Source: a virus (taxonomy: Duplodnaviria; Caudoviricetes). Taken from it: a DNA stretch of 48,586 nt. The stretch spans positions 1-48,586 of IMG/VR virus record IMGVR_UViG_3300032280_000663; one strand, 5' to 3'. The position numbers and the translations under genes are program-made. The notes beneath the pieces are model-generated. The model was not told where the DNA came from and did not search any database. It was given only the letters and a program-made list of their open reading frames with translations. Numbering within the stretch: the first letter of the stretch is position 1; each line of letters begins with the position of its first letter. Below, in pieces: positions 38,276-46,984 of the stretch.

Positions 38276-39554
38276 CACCTTGTGCATGGCACCATGGACA
38301 CATACATATCTAAGTCCTCAAACCGAACGTAGATTGTGCTGTGCGTCTCGAGAGCCTGCACAGAGTTTTGAACAGTACATTGATACCGAAGCAGGCACAG
38401 GCAAGTACACCCCCATCACTCTGGATCAGCACTGGAACAGCGATCACATGCGATCAGTGCGTCGACGCATGTTGGCTGGAGAAACTCTGCCCGAGTGCGA
38501 TGTTTGTAACAGCAAATTATTAAATACTGATGTCTATCGCAGTTATTTCTGGCATTTGTTTCGACACAAGTATGATGATGTTGTTGCCACAACAGACAGC
38601 ACAGGATATACCACAATGCTGCCGGTTAGTTGGGATTACCGTTTCTCAAACCTGTGTAACTTTAAATGCAGAACCTGCGGCGACATGTTGAGCAGTGCCT
38701 GGGAAACAGAACAAAAGACACACGACATGACCAACTGGCACAATCCCAAGAACAATTGGATGCGGCCAGAAATTCGTCGAGAAATAACCAAGTTTCAAGA
38801 TGAACAGATTGAAGCAGAGTTTGCCGAAGCAGTGGAACAGCATCGTGTAGAAGAAGTGTACTGGGTAGGTGGCGAACCATTGATGTATGAACAGCACTGG
38901 CGCTACATGAAAAGAATAGTAGAACTTGGAGACGGAGGTAAAGTTTATGCCAGATATAATACCAATCTTAGTCGCATTGAGTATCGTGGTGTTAATTTAT
39001 ATCGTGATATTTTGGCTAATATCCGCGACTGGCAGATTTGTGCTAGTCTCGACGGAACCAGAGACATTGGCGAATACATCAGAACAGGGCTTGACTACTC
39101 ACAGTTCTGTCGAAACTTTGAAGAAGGAGTAACGTATCAAAAAAATCGTAGACAGATGCGATTGGATTTTACGTTAACTCTGCCTGGCATGTTTGAGATT
39201 GCTAATATGGAAAAATTAGCACAGGATTACAACGTAGAATTGTTGGCCAAAGTAATCTTTAGTTTTGGCCCGGACATTGTAATGAGCCCATTGGCGATGC
39301 CACGTGAATTACTACATGCTTGGATTGATGAATTGTTGCCGCAGTGCAGTACACAGGTAATGAGAGACATGCTGACTCAACTGCGTACACGACCCACATT
39401 TGCTGAACAATGGCCGGACCAATATCAAGCAGGTATTGCAAAAGGCAAGGCTCGTGTGTTAAAATTAGAACAGATACGTACACAAAAAGTCACAATGACA
39501 GACATACTAAGCACAAGAAAAGATATACTAGAATGGTGGTTAAAAATTGCTTGA
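38256..39554 (+). CDS. Radical SAM protein with N-terminal twitch-like domain (#5)
   Basis: LCMAPW...RRLCC...HWNS...ECDVC, CNFKCRTC (~38655), VGGEPL, YNTN and ASLDG. Confidence 0.9.
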   Translation: MTTTKPDTLCMAPWTHTYLSPQTERRLCCASREPAQSFEQYIDTEAGTGKYTPITLDQHWNSDHMRSVRRRMLAGETLPECDVCNSKLLNTDVYRSYFWHLFRHKYDDVVATTDSTGYTTMLPVSWDYRFSNLCNFKCRTCGDMLSSAWETEQKTHDMTNWHNPKNNWMRPEIRREITKFQDEQIEAEFAEAVEQHRVEEVYWVGGEPLMYEQHWRYMKRIVELGDGGKVYARYNTNLSRIEYRGVNLYRDILANIRDWQICASLDGTRDIGEYIRTGLDYSQFCRNFEEGVTYQKNRRQMRLDFTLTLPGMFEIANMEKLAQDYNVELLAKVIFSFGPDIVMSPLAMPRELLHAWIDELLPQCSTQVMRDMLTQLRTRPTFAEQWPDQYQAGIAKGKARVLKLEQIRTQKVTMTDILSTRKDILEWWLKIA

Positions 39555-40593
39555 TCATATAGAAATAGATCTACGTGGTGACACAGACTCGGACATTGTT
39601 ACTGTACATATTGATGTGGCAGACAACAGCCTCAGCCGCAAATGGTTGACATCACTGAATCATTTGATTCAGCACAACTACCATTTGGAAAAAAACTATT
39701 GTTTTTTTGGATTCACTGCACATCGACGCAACGCCGAGTATCTGACAGACCAAATGAATCGTACTGTTCGTGCCATCAACGCAGCCGACATCGGATACCA
39801 AATCACTGATTATTTTTCAGTGGCCAACACTACCACTCCAGAATTGAGATTAGTGCATGACAAGCTGAACCATCTGCATCGCTATTTTGAAGATCTGCAG
39901 GGTGTGTCGGGTGCAATGAGTCCGTTTTATACCCGGGCAGACGCACACACACGATGGCATATTCGACAGTTGAACTTGCTGTGTCATGAATACGAAAGTC
40001 TAGTGCTGAGTATGCGTAAAGTGATAACTGCGCCAGAATGGCAACGACCCAGCCAGCTGATGTGTTGGTTGCATGCTCCAAGGTTTGTGCTGGATGAGCA
40101 AGACTATGAATTCTTTGGAGTTGACACTATCAGCAGGCCATTGGGCGGAGTATTTTTAGGTGTAAACAAGGCCATTGGCAAGGCCCATTGGGAAGTGTTC
40201 AACGACGAAGGTCGAGACAGTCGGGTGGGCGAGTTAACCACAACCACACTAAACTCACAAACAGAAGCAGCCGGAGATTTTGATATTGAATGGGGGCAAG
40301 ATCCTGCACCCTATGAATTTCAGCATGTCAAACTGGACGAATTCCGTACTTGGTTGATAAACAACGGATTTGATCCTGCTGATAAAAGTCTTACAATTGG
40401 ACACCCAAAAGTGGCGCAGGTAGATTTGATGCGTAGTTTTGGCACAGAAAATTATAAAGATATATGGGCACAACTAGGAACGCATCTCAACGTGTATAAA
40501 ATACGTACTAGTGATGCAACAGCTACATACAGTTACAACTGGTCAGATTTAGACTATCCGGAACAGCAGATTAAAATAATACAAGGAACATGA
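39547..40593 (+). CDS. Hypothetical protein (348 aa)
   Basis: Long ORF overlapping the upstream rSAM gene, with LNHLHRYFE...LNLLCHEYE helical His/Glu pairs. No family recognised. Confidence 0.7.
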   Translation: MLDHIEIDLRGDTDSDIVTVHIDVADNSLSRKWLTSLNHLIQHNYHLEKNYCFFGFTAHRRNAEYLTDQMNRTVRAINAADIGYQITDYFSVANTTTPELRLVHDKLNHLHRYFEDLQGVSGAMSPFYTRADAHTRWHIRQLNLLCHEYESLVLSMRKVITAPEWQRPSQLMCWLHAPRFVLDEQDYEFFGVDTISRPLGGVFLGVNKAIGKAHWEVFNDEGRDSRVGELTTTTLNSQTEAAGDFDIEWGQDPAPYEFQHVKLDEFRTWLINNGFDPADKSLTIGHPKVAQVDLMRSFGTENYKDIWAQLGTHLNVYKIRTSDATATYSYNWSDLDYPEQQIKIIQGT

Positions 40594-40594
40594 T

Positions 40595-40696
40595 ATGAAA
40601 TGGATTAAAAATTTATACAATCGTATTCTACTAGAAATACGTTATCGTAAAAAGTTAAAAGAACTACGTAAACGAGATCCTTTTATCTACAAATGA
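40595..40696 (+). CDS. Small 33-aa basic peptide missing from the ORF track (MKWIKNLYNRILLEIRYRKKLKELRKRDPFIYK)
   Basis: It fills the 100-nt gap exactly. AAGGA lies upstream, and it has an ATGA overlap with the carbamoyltransferase. Confidence 0.75.
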   Translation: MKWIKNLYNRILLEIRYRKKLKELRKRDPFIYK

Positions 40697-42204
40697 AATT
40701 GAAAACGTACCTAGGCATTAGTGCAGGATTTCATGATGCGGCTGTCAGTGTAATTCAATCTGACGGCAGCATAGTTTTTGCTGGCCATGCCGAACGCTAC
40801 AGTAAAAATAAAAATGATGCACACCTAAATGACGTGATCATTGCAGAAGCAATGTCATATGGAACGCCTGATATGATTGCGTATTACGAGCGTCCGTGGA
40901 TTAAAAAACTACAACAACTATATTCGGGACAATATGAAGAAGCCTTTGATTTTGGGAATTTTACTTTGGATCAGTATTTGCGTAAACATCTATCTGATAC
41001 TGTTCATCGGGAGCAATTACTACGATGCCCTAGAAAATATATGTCCCATCATCATAGTCACGCCGCTGCCGGATTCCAGTCCAGCCCCTATACCCGAGCG
41101 ACCGTGGTTGTAATTGATGCTGTTGGCGAATTAGATACTGTGACCATCTGGGGAGCAGGATATGGGTACATGGGCCAAGCTTCATATAAGAAGCTTTGGT
41201 CACAGAGTTACCCGCACTCGATCGGCTTGTTCTATTCAGCTGCTACTGCCAGTGTTGGACTGCGACCACTGGATGAAGAATACATCTTGATGGGCATGGC
41301 CGCATATGGTGATGCCACACAAGCTGTCAGCATGCAAGCTCTGGTAGAAGACACTGACAAAATTAAATTCAGTGAAAATTTACACGCCGGCATTGACAGT
41401 AAATATCTACAGGACATGGATGAATTTGACATTGCCGCTGGCGCACAGTCTATTGCAGAAAGTTTGATCAACTCAGTGATGCGCAGAGCCAGAGATTTTG
41501 GCTGGAGCAATAACTTGGTCTACATGGGCGGAGTTGCTCTCAACTGTAGTGCCAACCGTAATTTAGGAAAATATTTTGATAACATTTGGATTATGCCTTG
41601 TCCTGGCGATGCTGGCAGTAGCCTTGGCGCGGCAGCACTGGCATACGGGAAACAGATACATTGGACCAGCGCCTATTTGGGTAGTGATATTCCTGGTGCT
41701 TATCCTGTCAACAACATTGTGGCTGGTTTGTTACATGATAAAATTGTGGGTGTTGCTAGTGGTCGTGCAGAGTTTGGCCCTAGAGCCCTAGGCAACAGAA
41801 GTTTATTAGCAGACCCAAGAGGTTCCGAAATTAAAGATCAAGTAAATGAAATTAAACGCAGACAAAAATTCAGACCATTTGCTCCGGTCATTCTGGAGGA
41901 ACATGTTGATATGTATTTCGATATGCCTTACGGTTTCGATAACAGTAGGTATATGCAAGTCATCGCTCGCTGTCGCCATCCTGACTTATTTCCTGCTATT
42001 GTTCATCATGACGGCACTAGTCGTGTGCAAACAGTTCCCCAAGATGGATCAGGTATAAGACAACTGTTAGAAACATGGTACGACCTAACCGGGTGTCCTA
42101 TGTTGCTCAACACCAGTCTGAACATACGTGGTGAACCCATGGTAAATGATCGTGCAGATGCAGATAGATTTGAGCAATTATACAATATAAAAGTTTACAG
42201 TTAA
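40693..42204 (+). CDS. O-carbamoyltransferase (NodU/CmcH/TobZ family)
   Basis: LGISAGFHDAA, HHHSHAA, GGVALNC, GDAGSSLGAA, GRAEFGPRALGNRS, RQKFRPFAP, HHDGTSRVQTV and LLNTSLNIRGEP. Confidence 0.95.
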   Translation: MKLKTYLGISAGFHDAAVSVIQSDGSIVFAGHAERYSKNKNDAHLNDVIIAEAMSYGTPDMIAYYERPWIKKLQQLYSGQYEEAFDFGNFTLDQYLRKHLSDTVHREQLLRCPRKYMSHHHSHAAAGFQSSPYTRATVVVIDAVGELDTVTIWGAGYGYMGQASYKKLWSQSYPHSIGLFYSAATASVGLRPLDEEYILMGMAAYGDATQAVSMQALVEDTDKIKFSENLHAGIDSKYLQDMDEFDIAAGAQSIAESLINSVMRRARDFGWSNNLVYMGGVALNCSANRNLGKYFDNIWIMPCPGDAGSSLGAAALAYGKQIHWTSAYLGSDIPGAYPVNNIVAGLLHDKIVGVASGRAEFGPRALGNRSLLADPRGSEIKDQVNEIKRRQKFRPFAPVILEEHVDMYFDMPYGFDNSRYMQVIARCRHPDLFPAIVHHDGTSRVQTVPQDGSGIRQLLETWYDLTGCPMLLNTSLNIRGEPMVNDRADADRFEQLYNIKVYS

Positions 42205-42207
42205 CGT

Positions 42208-42939
42208 ATGAAACTCGACGGAAATTTATTAATAGTTGGTGACAGCTTTTGCCAGGACGAACACCATTGGCCCAGTTACTTACGATCTAAGATATCTTAC
42301 TTTCAGCAGGTATTGCCACGCGACGCCTGCCGTGTGTATACATTTCCCGGCGGTGGATGGTGGCCTATACAGCAACAGCTATGTGCAAACCGGGCCGGAG
42401 ATACAGCCTGGTTTGATCAAATAAAACTGTTGATAATTATACATCCGTTTACTAGCAGAGTGTTCAGTACTGAAACTCGGATCCATAGATCATCTGCTGT
42501 GGAACTGCCGTTGACATGGTCTGCCAATGACTTTACCGAAGCAACTATTGCACACTCACTGTACTACAAGTACATCTACGACAAAAATTTTCACACCTGG
42601 GCACAGCTAAAGTGGTTTGATGAGCTAGATCAACTGTTGGCAGCATATCCGCAAATACTCAGCATACATCTGTTTGATCACAAGGAAACATTGAGTTTGC
42701 TACAGCGTAGTAAACTGGCAGCCGGCGCTAATCGACGGTTCACGAACACTACTCTTATGGATATTGCTGGTTCACAGTACCAGTCAGCTGACAAGTCTTT
42801 AATGGCCAACGACGGAGAGCATGGTTTTTACAATCATCTTACTCCGTATAATAACATAGTATTCGCCGATCAATTGTACAAAATAATAAATTTTGAACAG
42901 TCTGATTTTGACCTAACACAATTTAAACCATATGACTAA
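42208..42939 (+). CDS. SGNH/GDSL-like hydrolase/acyltransferase-fold protein
   Basis: N-terminal IVGDSF...W (block I-like) and C-terminal NHL...N..FA (block V-like His). Confidence 0.5.
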   Translation: MKLDGNLLIVGDSFCQDEHHWPSYLRSKISYFQQVLPRDACRVYTFPGGGWWPIQQQLCANRAGDTAWFDQIKLLIIIHPFTSRVFSTETRIHRSSAVELPLTWSANDFTEATIAHSLYYKYIYDKNFHTWAQLKWFDELDQLLAAYPQILSIHLFDHKETLSLLQRSKLAAGANRRFTNTTLMDIAGSQYQSADKSLMANDGEHGFYNHLTPYNNIVFADQLYKIINFEQSDFDLTQFKPYD

Positions 42940-44197
42940 TCAACAGATATTTCCAATCAAATCCGACACTGGCTGTTTACTCAAGTGGGCCTGGAGTTCT
43001 GTGTATTTAAATCAAGGCACCAGTTCCAGTTGCCATAGAACTGATCAGCAACCTATACCTCCTGACAACTTTGAAAGCTTTCACAATTTACCAAACAAAA
43101 TTGAAGCAAGACAGATGATGTTGCGCGGCGAGTGGCCGCAGGGTGGCTGTCAGTACTGCGAAAAAATTGAAGCAGCCAACGGCATGAGCGATCGTCAATA
43201 CCAACTGCATGCCGGACACGACCATGACCGCACGCCGCACGAATTATTTGAAGATCCCACTGCACTGGAAGTTGTGCCTACCATACTTGAAGTTTACTTT
43301 AATAACGTATGCAACATGGCCTGTCTGTACTGCGGCAGTCATTTTAGTACAAAATGGGAAGAAGAGAACAAACGCTTTGGGGCTTTCAAATCTGGACGTG
43401 TAGAATTTGGATTTAATCAACCTTCGAATCCCAACTATGAAAAAATGTTGGCAGATTTTTGGCGTTATCTAGAAGAAAAGGATCGCTACCGACACATACG
43501 CTACTATCAAATACTAGGCGGCGAACCTTTCTTCCAAACTGAGTTTGATATCAGTATGGACTTCTGGGAAAGTCATCCCAATCCCGAACTTACATTTAAT
43601 ATTATTACCAATTTAAAAGTACCACCTAAAAAGTTTAAGGCGTATATCGATCGCTTTGGAAAGATGGTCGAAGCCGGCGCATTGAAAAGATTACAGATCA
43701 CAGGCAGTATAGATGCCTGGGGTCCTCAAGAAGAGTACGTGCGTTGGGGACTTGATCTCACTGAGTGGACAGAAAACTGGGAATATCTACTAGACAAAGA
43801 CTGGATTGTTATGTGTGTAAACAGTGCAGTTTCTGCGCTGACAATCAAAACAGCACCGGAGCTGGTAGAAAAGATAAACGAGTGGAACGATCGCCGCAAT
43901 CCCTGGAACCCTATCAGTTACAGTTTCATGAGTGTGATGACGCCACCAGAAATGGTACCAGACATTTTTGGACCTGGAGTGTTTGAACAGGACTTTGAAC
44001 GCCTGTTAGCAGCCATGCGAGAACGCAATCCCAGCGAAGTCAGTGCCAAAGAACACATGCGTGGCATTATAAAGCAGATCATAGCTGGCCCGCAAAACAG
44101 TGACCGTATTGCTGATTTAAAAGTCTATCTTACAGAACTAGATCGACGTCGCGGAACTGATTGGACTCAGTTGTTTCCGTGGTTGATTAATTTATAA
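42932..44197 (+). CDS. Radical SAM protein with N-terminal twitch-like domain (#6)
   Basis: CLLKW...SSCHR...GCQYC, CNMACLYC (~43310), LGGEPF, TNL and GSID. Confidence 0.9.
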   Translation: MTNQQIFPIKSDTGCLLKWAWSSVYLNQGTSSSCHRTDQQPIPPDNFESFHNLPNKIEARQMMLRGEWPQGGCQYCEKIEAANGMSDRQYQLHAGHDHDRTPHELFEDPTALEVVPTILEVYFNNVCNMACLYCGSHFSTKWEEENKRFGAFKSGRVEFGFNQPSNPNYEKMLADFWRYLEEKDRYRHIRYYQILGGEPFFQTEFDISMDFWESHPNPELTFNIITNLKVPPKKFKAYIDRFGKMVEAGALKRLQITGSIDAWGPQEEYVRWGLDLTEWTENWEYLLDKDWIVMCVNSAVSALTIKTAPELVEKINEWNDRRNPWNPISYSFMSVMTPPEMVPDIFGPGVFEQDFERLLAAMRERNPSEVSAKEHMRGIIKQIIAGPQNSDRIADLKVYLTELDRRRGTDWTQLFPWLINL

Positions 44198-44944
44198 CCG
44201 TGCAACAGATTCTGACACCGCAAGACTCACATGTGATTCACGATTGGGTAGTACTTGAGGAATTAGCAACTGTTGATCTGGCAGATACCCCCAGTTTGGA
44301 TTCAATAGTTTCGTACTGGTTTTTAGTTCAGCAGATAGCAAACCACCGCCACTGACATACACACACTGAGTCGGGATTAACATTCGTTGAATGTTTTTAA
44401 ATACCCCTTGTCTGATTTCATTTTGCAATGACTTTATACCTAACGGACGATCATACAAGCATTGTTCAAATGCTCCACCGCAAAGATATATATTTCTAAT
44501 TTCAGGATGGTGTGAATTCAACAAATATGTCAGTTGATGCGGTTCCCATGCCGCATAACTGGGTGTATCGAGCAGATCTAATTTTTTAAGTAATGCTGGT
44601 TTGGTAAATGACCGATCCAATTTTACAAATTGATTCATCAGATGATCTGCTGGCGGCGTTGGATTTTGCGCATGTTCAAAACTACGCCAACTACGTCCAG
44701 TGTAGTCAGGCACGTTGGGATTGAGATCAGGATTGAATATCTGTCGACTATTGTGCCATATTGGCCATTCGATTGGTACTGCTCTTGTTCCGTGGTGGTT
44801 CCAGTCTGAATAAGATGCAACCACTATGCATTTTACAAAATCTCTTTGAATAAATTCCAACAAAGGTTCCAGCACCGAGATGGTGCTATCAGCCCAAACA
44901 TCAACAATGACCACAGCCGACGGCTCTTGGCAAAAGTCAGACAT
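44192..44944 (-). CDS. Hypothetical protein, possibly isochorismatase/cysteine-hydrolase-like
   Basis: AVVIVDVW near the N-terminus and IYLCGGAFEQCLYDRPLG later, matching the Asp and Cys motifs of that fold. Confidence 0.45.
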   Translation of the reverse strand: MSDFCQEPSAVVIVDVWADSTISVLEPLLEFIQRDFVKCIVVASYSDWNHHGTRAVPIEWPIWHNSRQIFNPDLNPNVPDYTGRSWRSFEHAQNPTPPADHLMNQFVKLDRSFTKPALLKKLDLLDTPSYAAWEPHQLTYLLNSHHPEIRNIYLCGGAFEQCLYDRPLGIKSLQNEIRQGVFKNIQRMLIPTQCVYVSGGGLLSAELKTSTKLLNPNWGYLPDQQLLIPQVLPNRESHVSLAVSESVARL

Positions 44945-45965
44945 GACACAGTTCTACCAGACTGGGATTAAATTGTATGCGTCCTGCATACTTGGAGTAT
45001 GCACTGGTTAAAAAGTACATGGCTGCCGAGTGGTCTGTGTGATTAATATTACCAATTACATCATGCTTGCTGTAATCAGCCCAGGTGCCCCAGTCTTCAA
45101 GACGGTTTATAACGCCGCTAAATCCCATGTCAACACATAACTGACAAAAGTTCTGCATGTCTTGATAGTTGTCTTGCTGTAGCACAAACTTTAACAGTAC
45201 TTCTGCACCTGTGCGTTTGACAATGTCTTGTAACCAAGTTAAGTTAGCAATCAATTGAGGCCATTGACCGCCCAATCTCACCTGTTCATAAACATCAGCA
45301 GAGCCTGCATCTATGCTGATAAAATACTGTGTGATGTGATCAAGGATAGGAGAATCATCCAATTGTTTTTTCAGCAATAACCCATTGGTAAACAGACGAA
45401 TAGTTTGATTGGCACCTGGCCGAAATTCGCGTATCAACGGACGCATAATAGCACTGGCCAATGGATCACCATTGCCGCTCATCACAATGTGACAAGGTTC
45501 TGTAAACTCTTCCAACAACCGACGTATGTGTTGCACCTGTGCTAATTTTTGATCATACTCGAGACCTGAGTTGATCATTATTGCCGCGGGCCTGCAACTG
45601 GGGCAACGTAGGTTACAACTTTCGTCCACGTTGATGCTGACCACGTGTGTTTTATCTATCTTGCTGGCATGTACTACTCCACAACGATCAACAGCACAAT
45701 GCGTGTATGCACCAGAATCAATGTCTGCTTGTAATGCCAACGCTGTATTGCTATTCCACACCGCTGCCAATGAGTCAAAGTTGGAAATTTGTCCCACACT
45801 GATTGGTAACCAAGCTTCGCAGCCACACACAAAACAATCGCCTTTCCAGTCTATAACCAATTGGCGACTGGGCGCATTACAGTGATTGTCAATTGTTAAT
45901 TTTAAATCTGCATTGCGCGGTATTGAATTGTACGAGTGCTGGTTAGCAATTGGAATAACAAACAT
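44937..45965 (-). CDS. Radical SAM protein with N-terminal twitch-like domain (#7)
   Basis: HCNAPS...GDCFVCGC...VWNS...YTHC...C, CNLRCPSC (~45617-45594), SGNGDPL, FTNG and ISIDAG. The start is moved to ATG 45965 (TAATG overlap). Confidence 0.88.
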   Translation of the reverse strand: MFVIPIANQHSYNSIPRNADLKLTIDNHCNAPSRQLVIDWKGDCFVCGCEAWLPISVGQISNFDSLAAVWNSNTALALQADIDSGAYTHCAVDRCGVVHASKIDKTHVVSINVDESCNLRCPSCRPAAIMINSGLEYDQKLAQVQHIRRLLEEFTEPCHIVMSGNGDPLASAIMRPLIREFRPGANQTIRLFTNGLLLKKQLDDSPILDHITQYFISIDAGSADVYEQVRLGGQWPQLIANLTWLQDIVKRTGAEVLLKFVLQQDNYQDMQNFCQLCVDMGFSGVINRLEDWGTWADYSKHDVIGNINHTDHSAAMYFLTSAYSKYAGRIQFNPSLVELCHV

Positions 45966-46984
45966 TATAGATATGTTTCTAAGCCGCCGCGACGTCGTAG
46001 GTCTTGAGTACAGCAACTGATACCACCGTCCCAGAAATAGCTGTGACGCAGTTCACTGATGATGGGATTGATACGATGTTTCTTACAGAAGTCAAACACA
46101 TCTCTGTTGTAAGCACTGAAGATAACGTTTTCTTCGTCTAGAACTAAGCAGTTGACATCAAATACTGTTTCAGCCACAAAGCCGGTCCACTTGTTCAGGT
46201 AAGTGTCTACAAACTTGGTAAACTCCTGTGTGGGTGTTTGTCCTTGCACATACCATGCACCCGGGCTTTGTTCGTATTTGAACTTGCCCACTTCCATGGC
46301 AGCCCAGATACTACTATCCCAGATCTTCAACACTTCCCAGCCAGGAAAGTCTTTGGCTAGGTCCAAGTTAACATCGTGTTTGCTGGATAAAATAACACCC
46401 GGTTTGAGAATGGCAAAAACAGCATCGCCATGTCCGTCTGTGACTGCTTCGTGTATGCGATACTCTGGACCTAAACAATTGTCCACAATCCAACGAGTTT
46501 GCTCGGGCTTTAGATAATCACTGTTGTCAAAGAATACATCACGACCCACACGCACAATACAACTGGCTGACGCTTGGTTTAGGATACAGTCAGCGTCCCA
46601 GCGACCGTTGTGCGGACTAACAACTTGATCTTTGTAGTCCTCGCAAATTTCATCCAGTTCTTCCATTGGCAACACACGCAACAGCTTTTGGCCAAGACTG
46701 ATTTGCCAGTCACGTGGAGTCAGTGGAGGCAACGGTGCACCACCGTTTTCTGTTTGCCACCAAACAAACTGATCTTTGGGCGGCAAGTTGGGCCGGCGCA
46801 CACGAGCACCATAGGTCTCGATGGTCTTTTGTAAGTTGTTTAGGTCTTCTTGGGTCTCGTACAGGATCTGTTGCAACTGGTTACGCACCTGTGGATCTTC
46901 AATAAAGTCAAAGTAGTCCGGGCTGTATGCACGACCTACGATAACTTCCTCCAATGGCTGCCAACTGGTATAGGAATTAATCAT
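45965..46984 (-). CDS. Amidinotransferase (glycine/inosamine-phosphate amidinotransferase family, pentein fold)
   Basis: NSYTSWQPLEEVIVGR, PRD, GHGD, FDVNCL and GGISCCT (catalytic Asp/His/Cys pattern). Confidence 0.88.
   Translation of the reverse strand: MINSYTSWQPLEEVIVGRAYSPDYFDFIEDPQVRNQLQQILYETQEDLNNLQKTIETYGARVRRPNLPPKDQFVWWQTENGGAPLPPLTPRDWQISLGQKLLRVLPMEELDEICEDYKDQVVSPHNGRWDADCILNQASASCIVRVGRDVFFDNSDYLKPEQTRWIVDNCLGPEYRIHEAVTDGHGDAVFAILKPGVILSSKHDVNLDLAKDFPGWEVLKIWDSSIWAAMEVGKFKYEQSPGAWYVQGQTPTQEFTKFVDTYLNKWTGFVAETVFDVNCLVLDEENVIFSAYNRDVFDFCKKHRINPIISELRHSYFWDGGISCCTQDLRRRGGLETYL

Noticed and set aside
28116-44197. Classical RiPP cluster
   Set aside because: I found no clear leader/core precursor, RRE/PqqD domain, peptidase or exporter. 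Glycosyl-tailoring neighbours fit better, so a peptide substrate is kept only as a minor alternative.
31527-45965. Radical SAMs as anaerobic sulfatase maturases, MoaA, NrdG or QueE
   Set aside because: The auxiliary domain is N-terminal, and no sulfatase, molybdopterin, NrdD or queuosine-pathway partner is present in the window.
40595-46984. Saxitoxin-like toxin cluster (carbamoyltransferase + amidinotransferase + PFIY peptide)
   Set aside because: There is no SxtA-like PKS, aminotransferase or other core gene in the window. Shared enzyme families alone do not imply that product.
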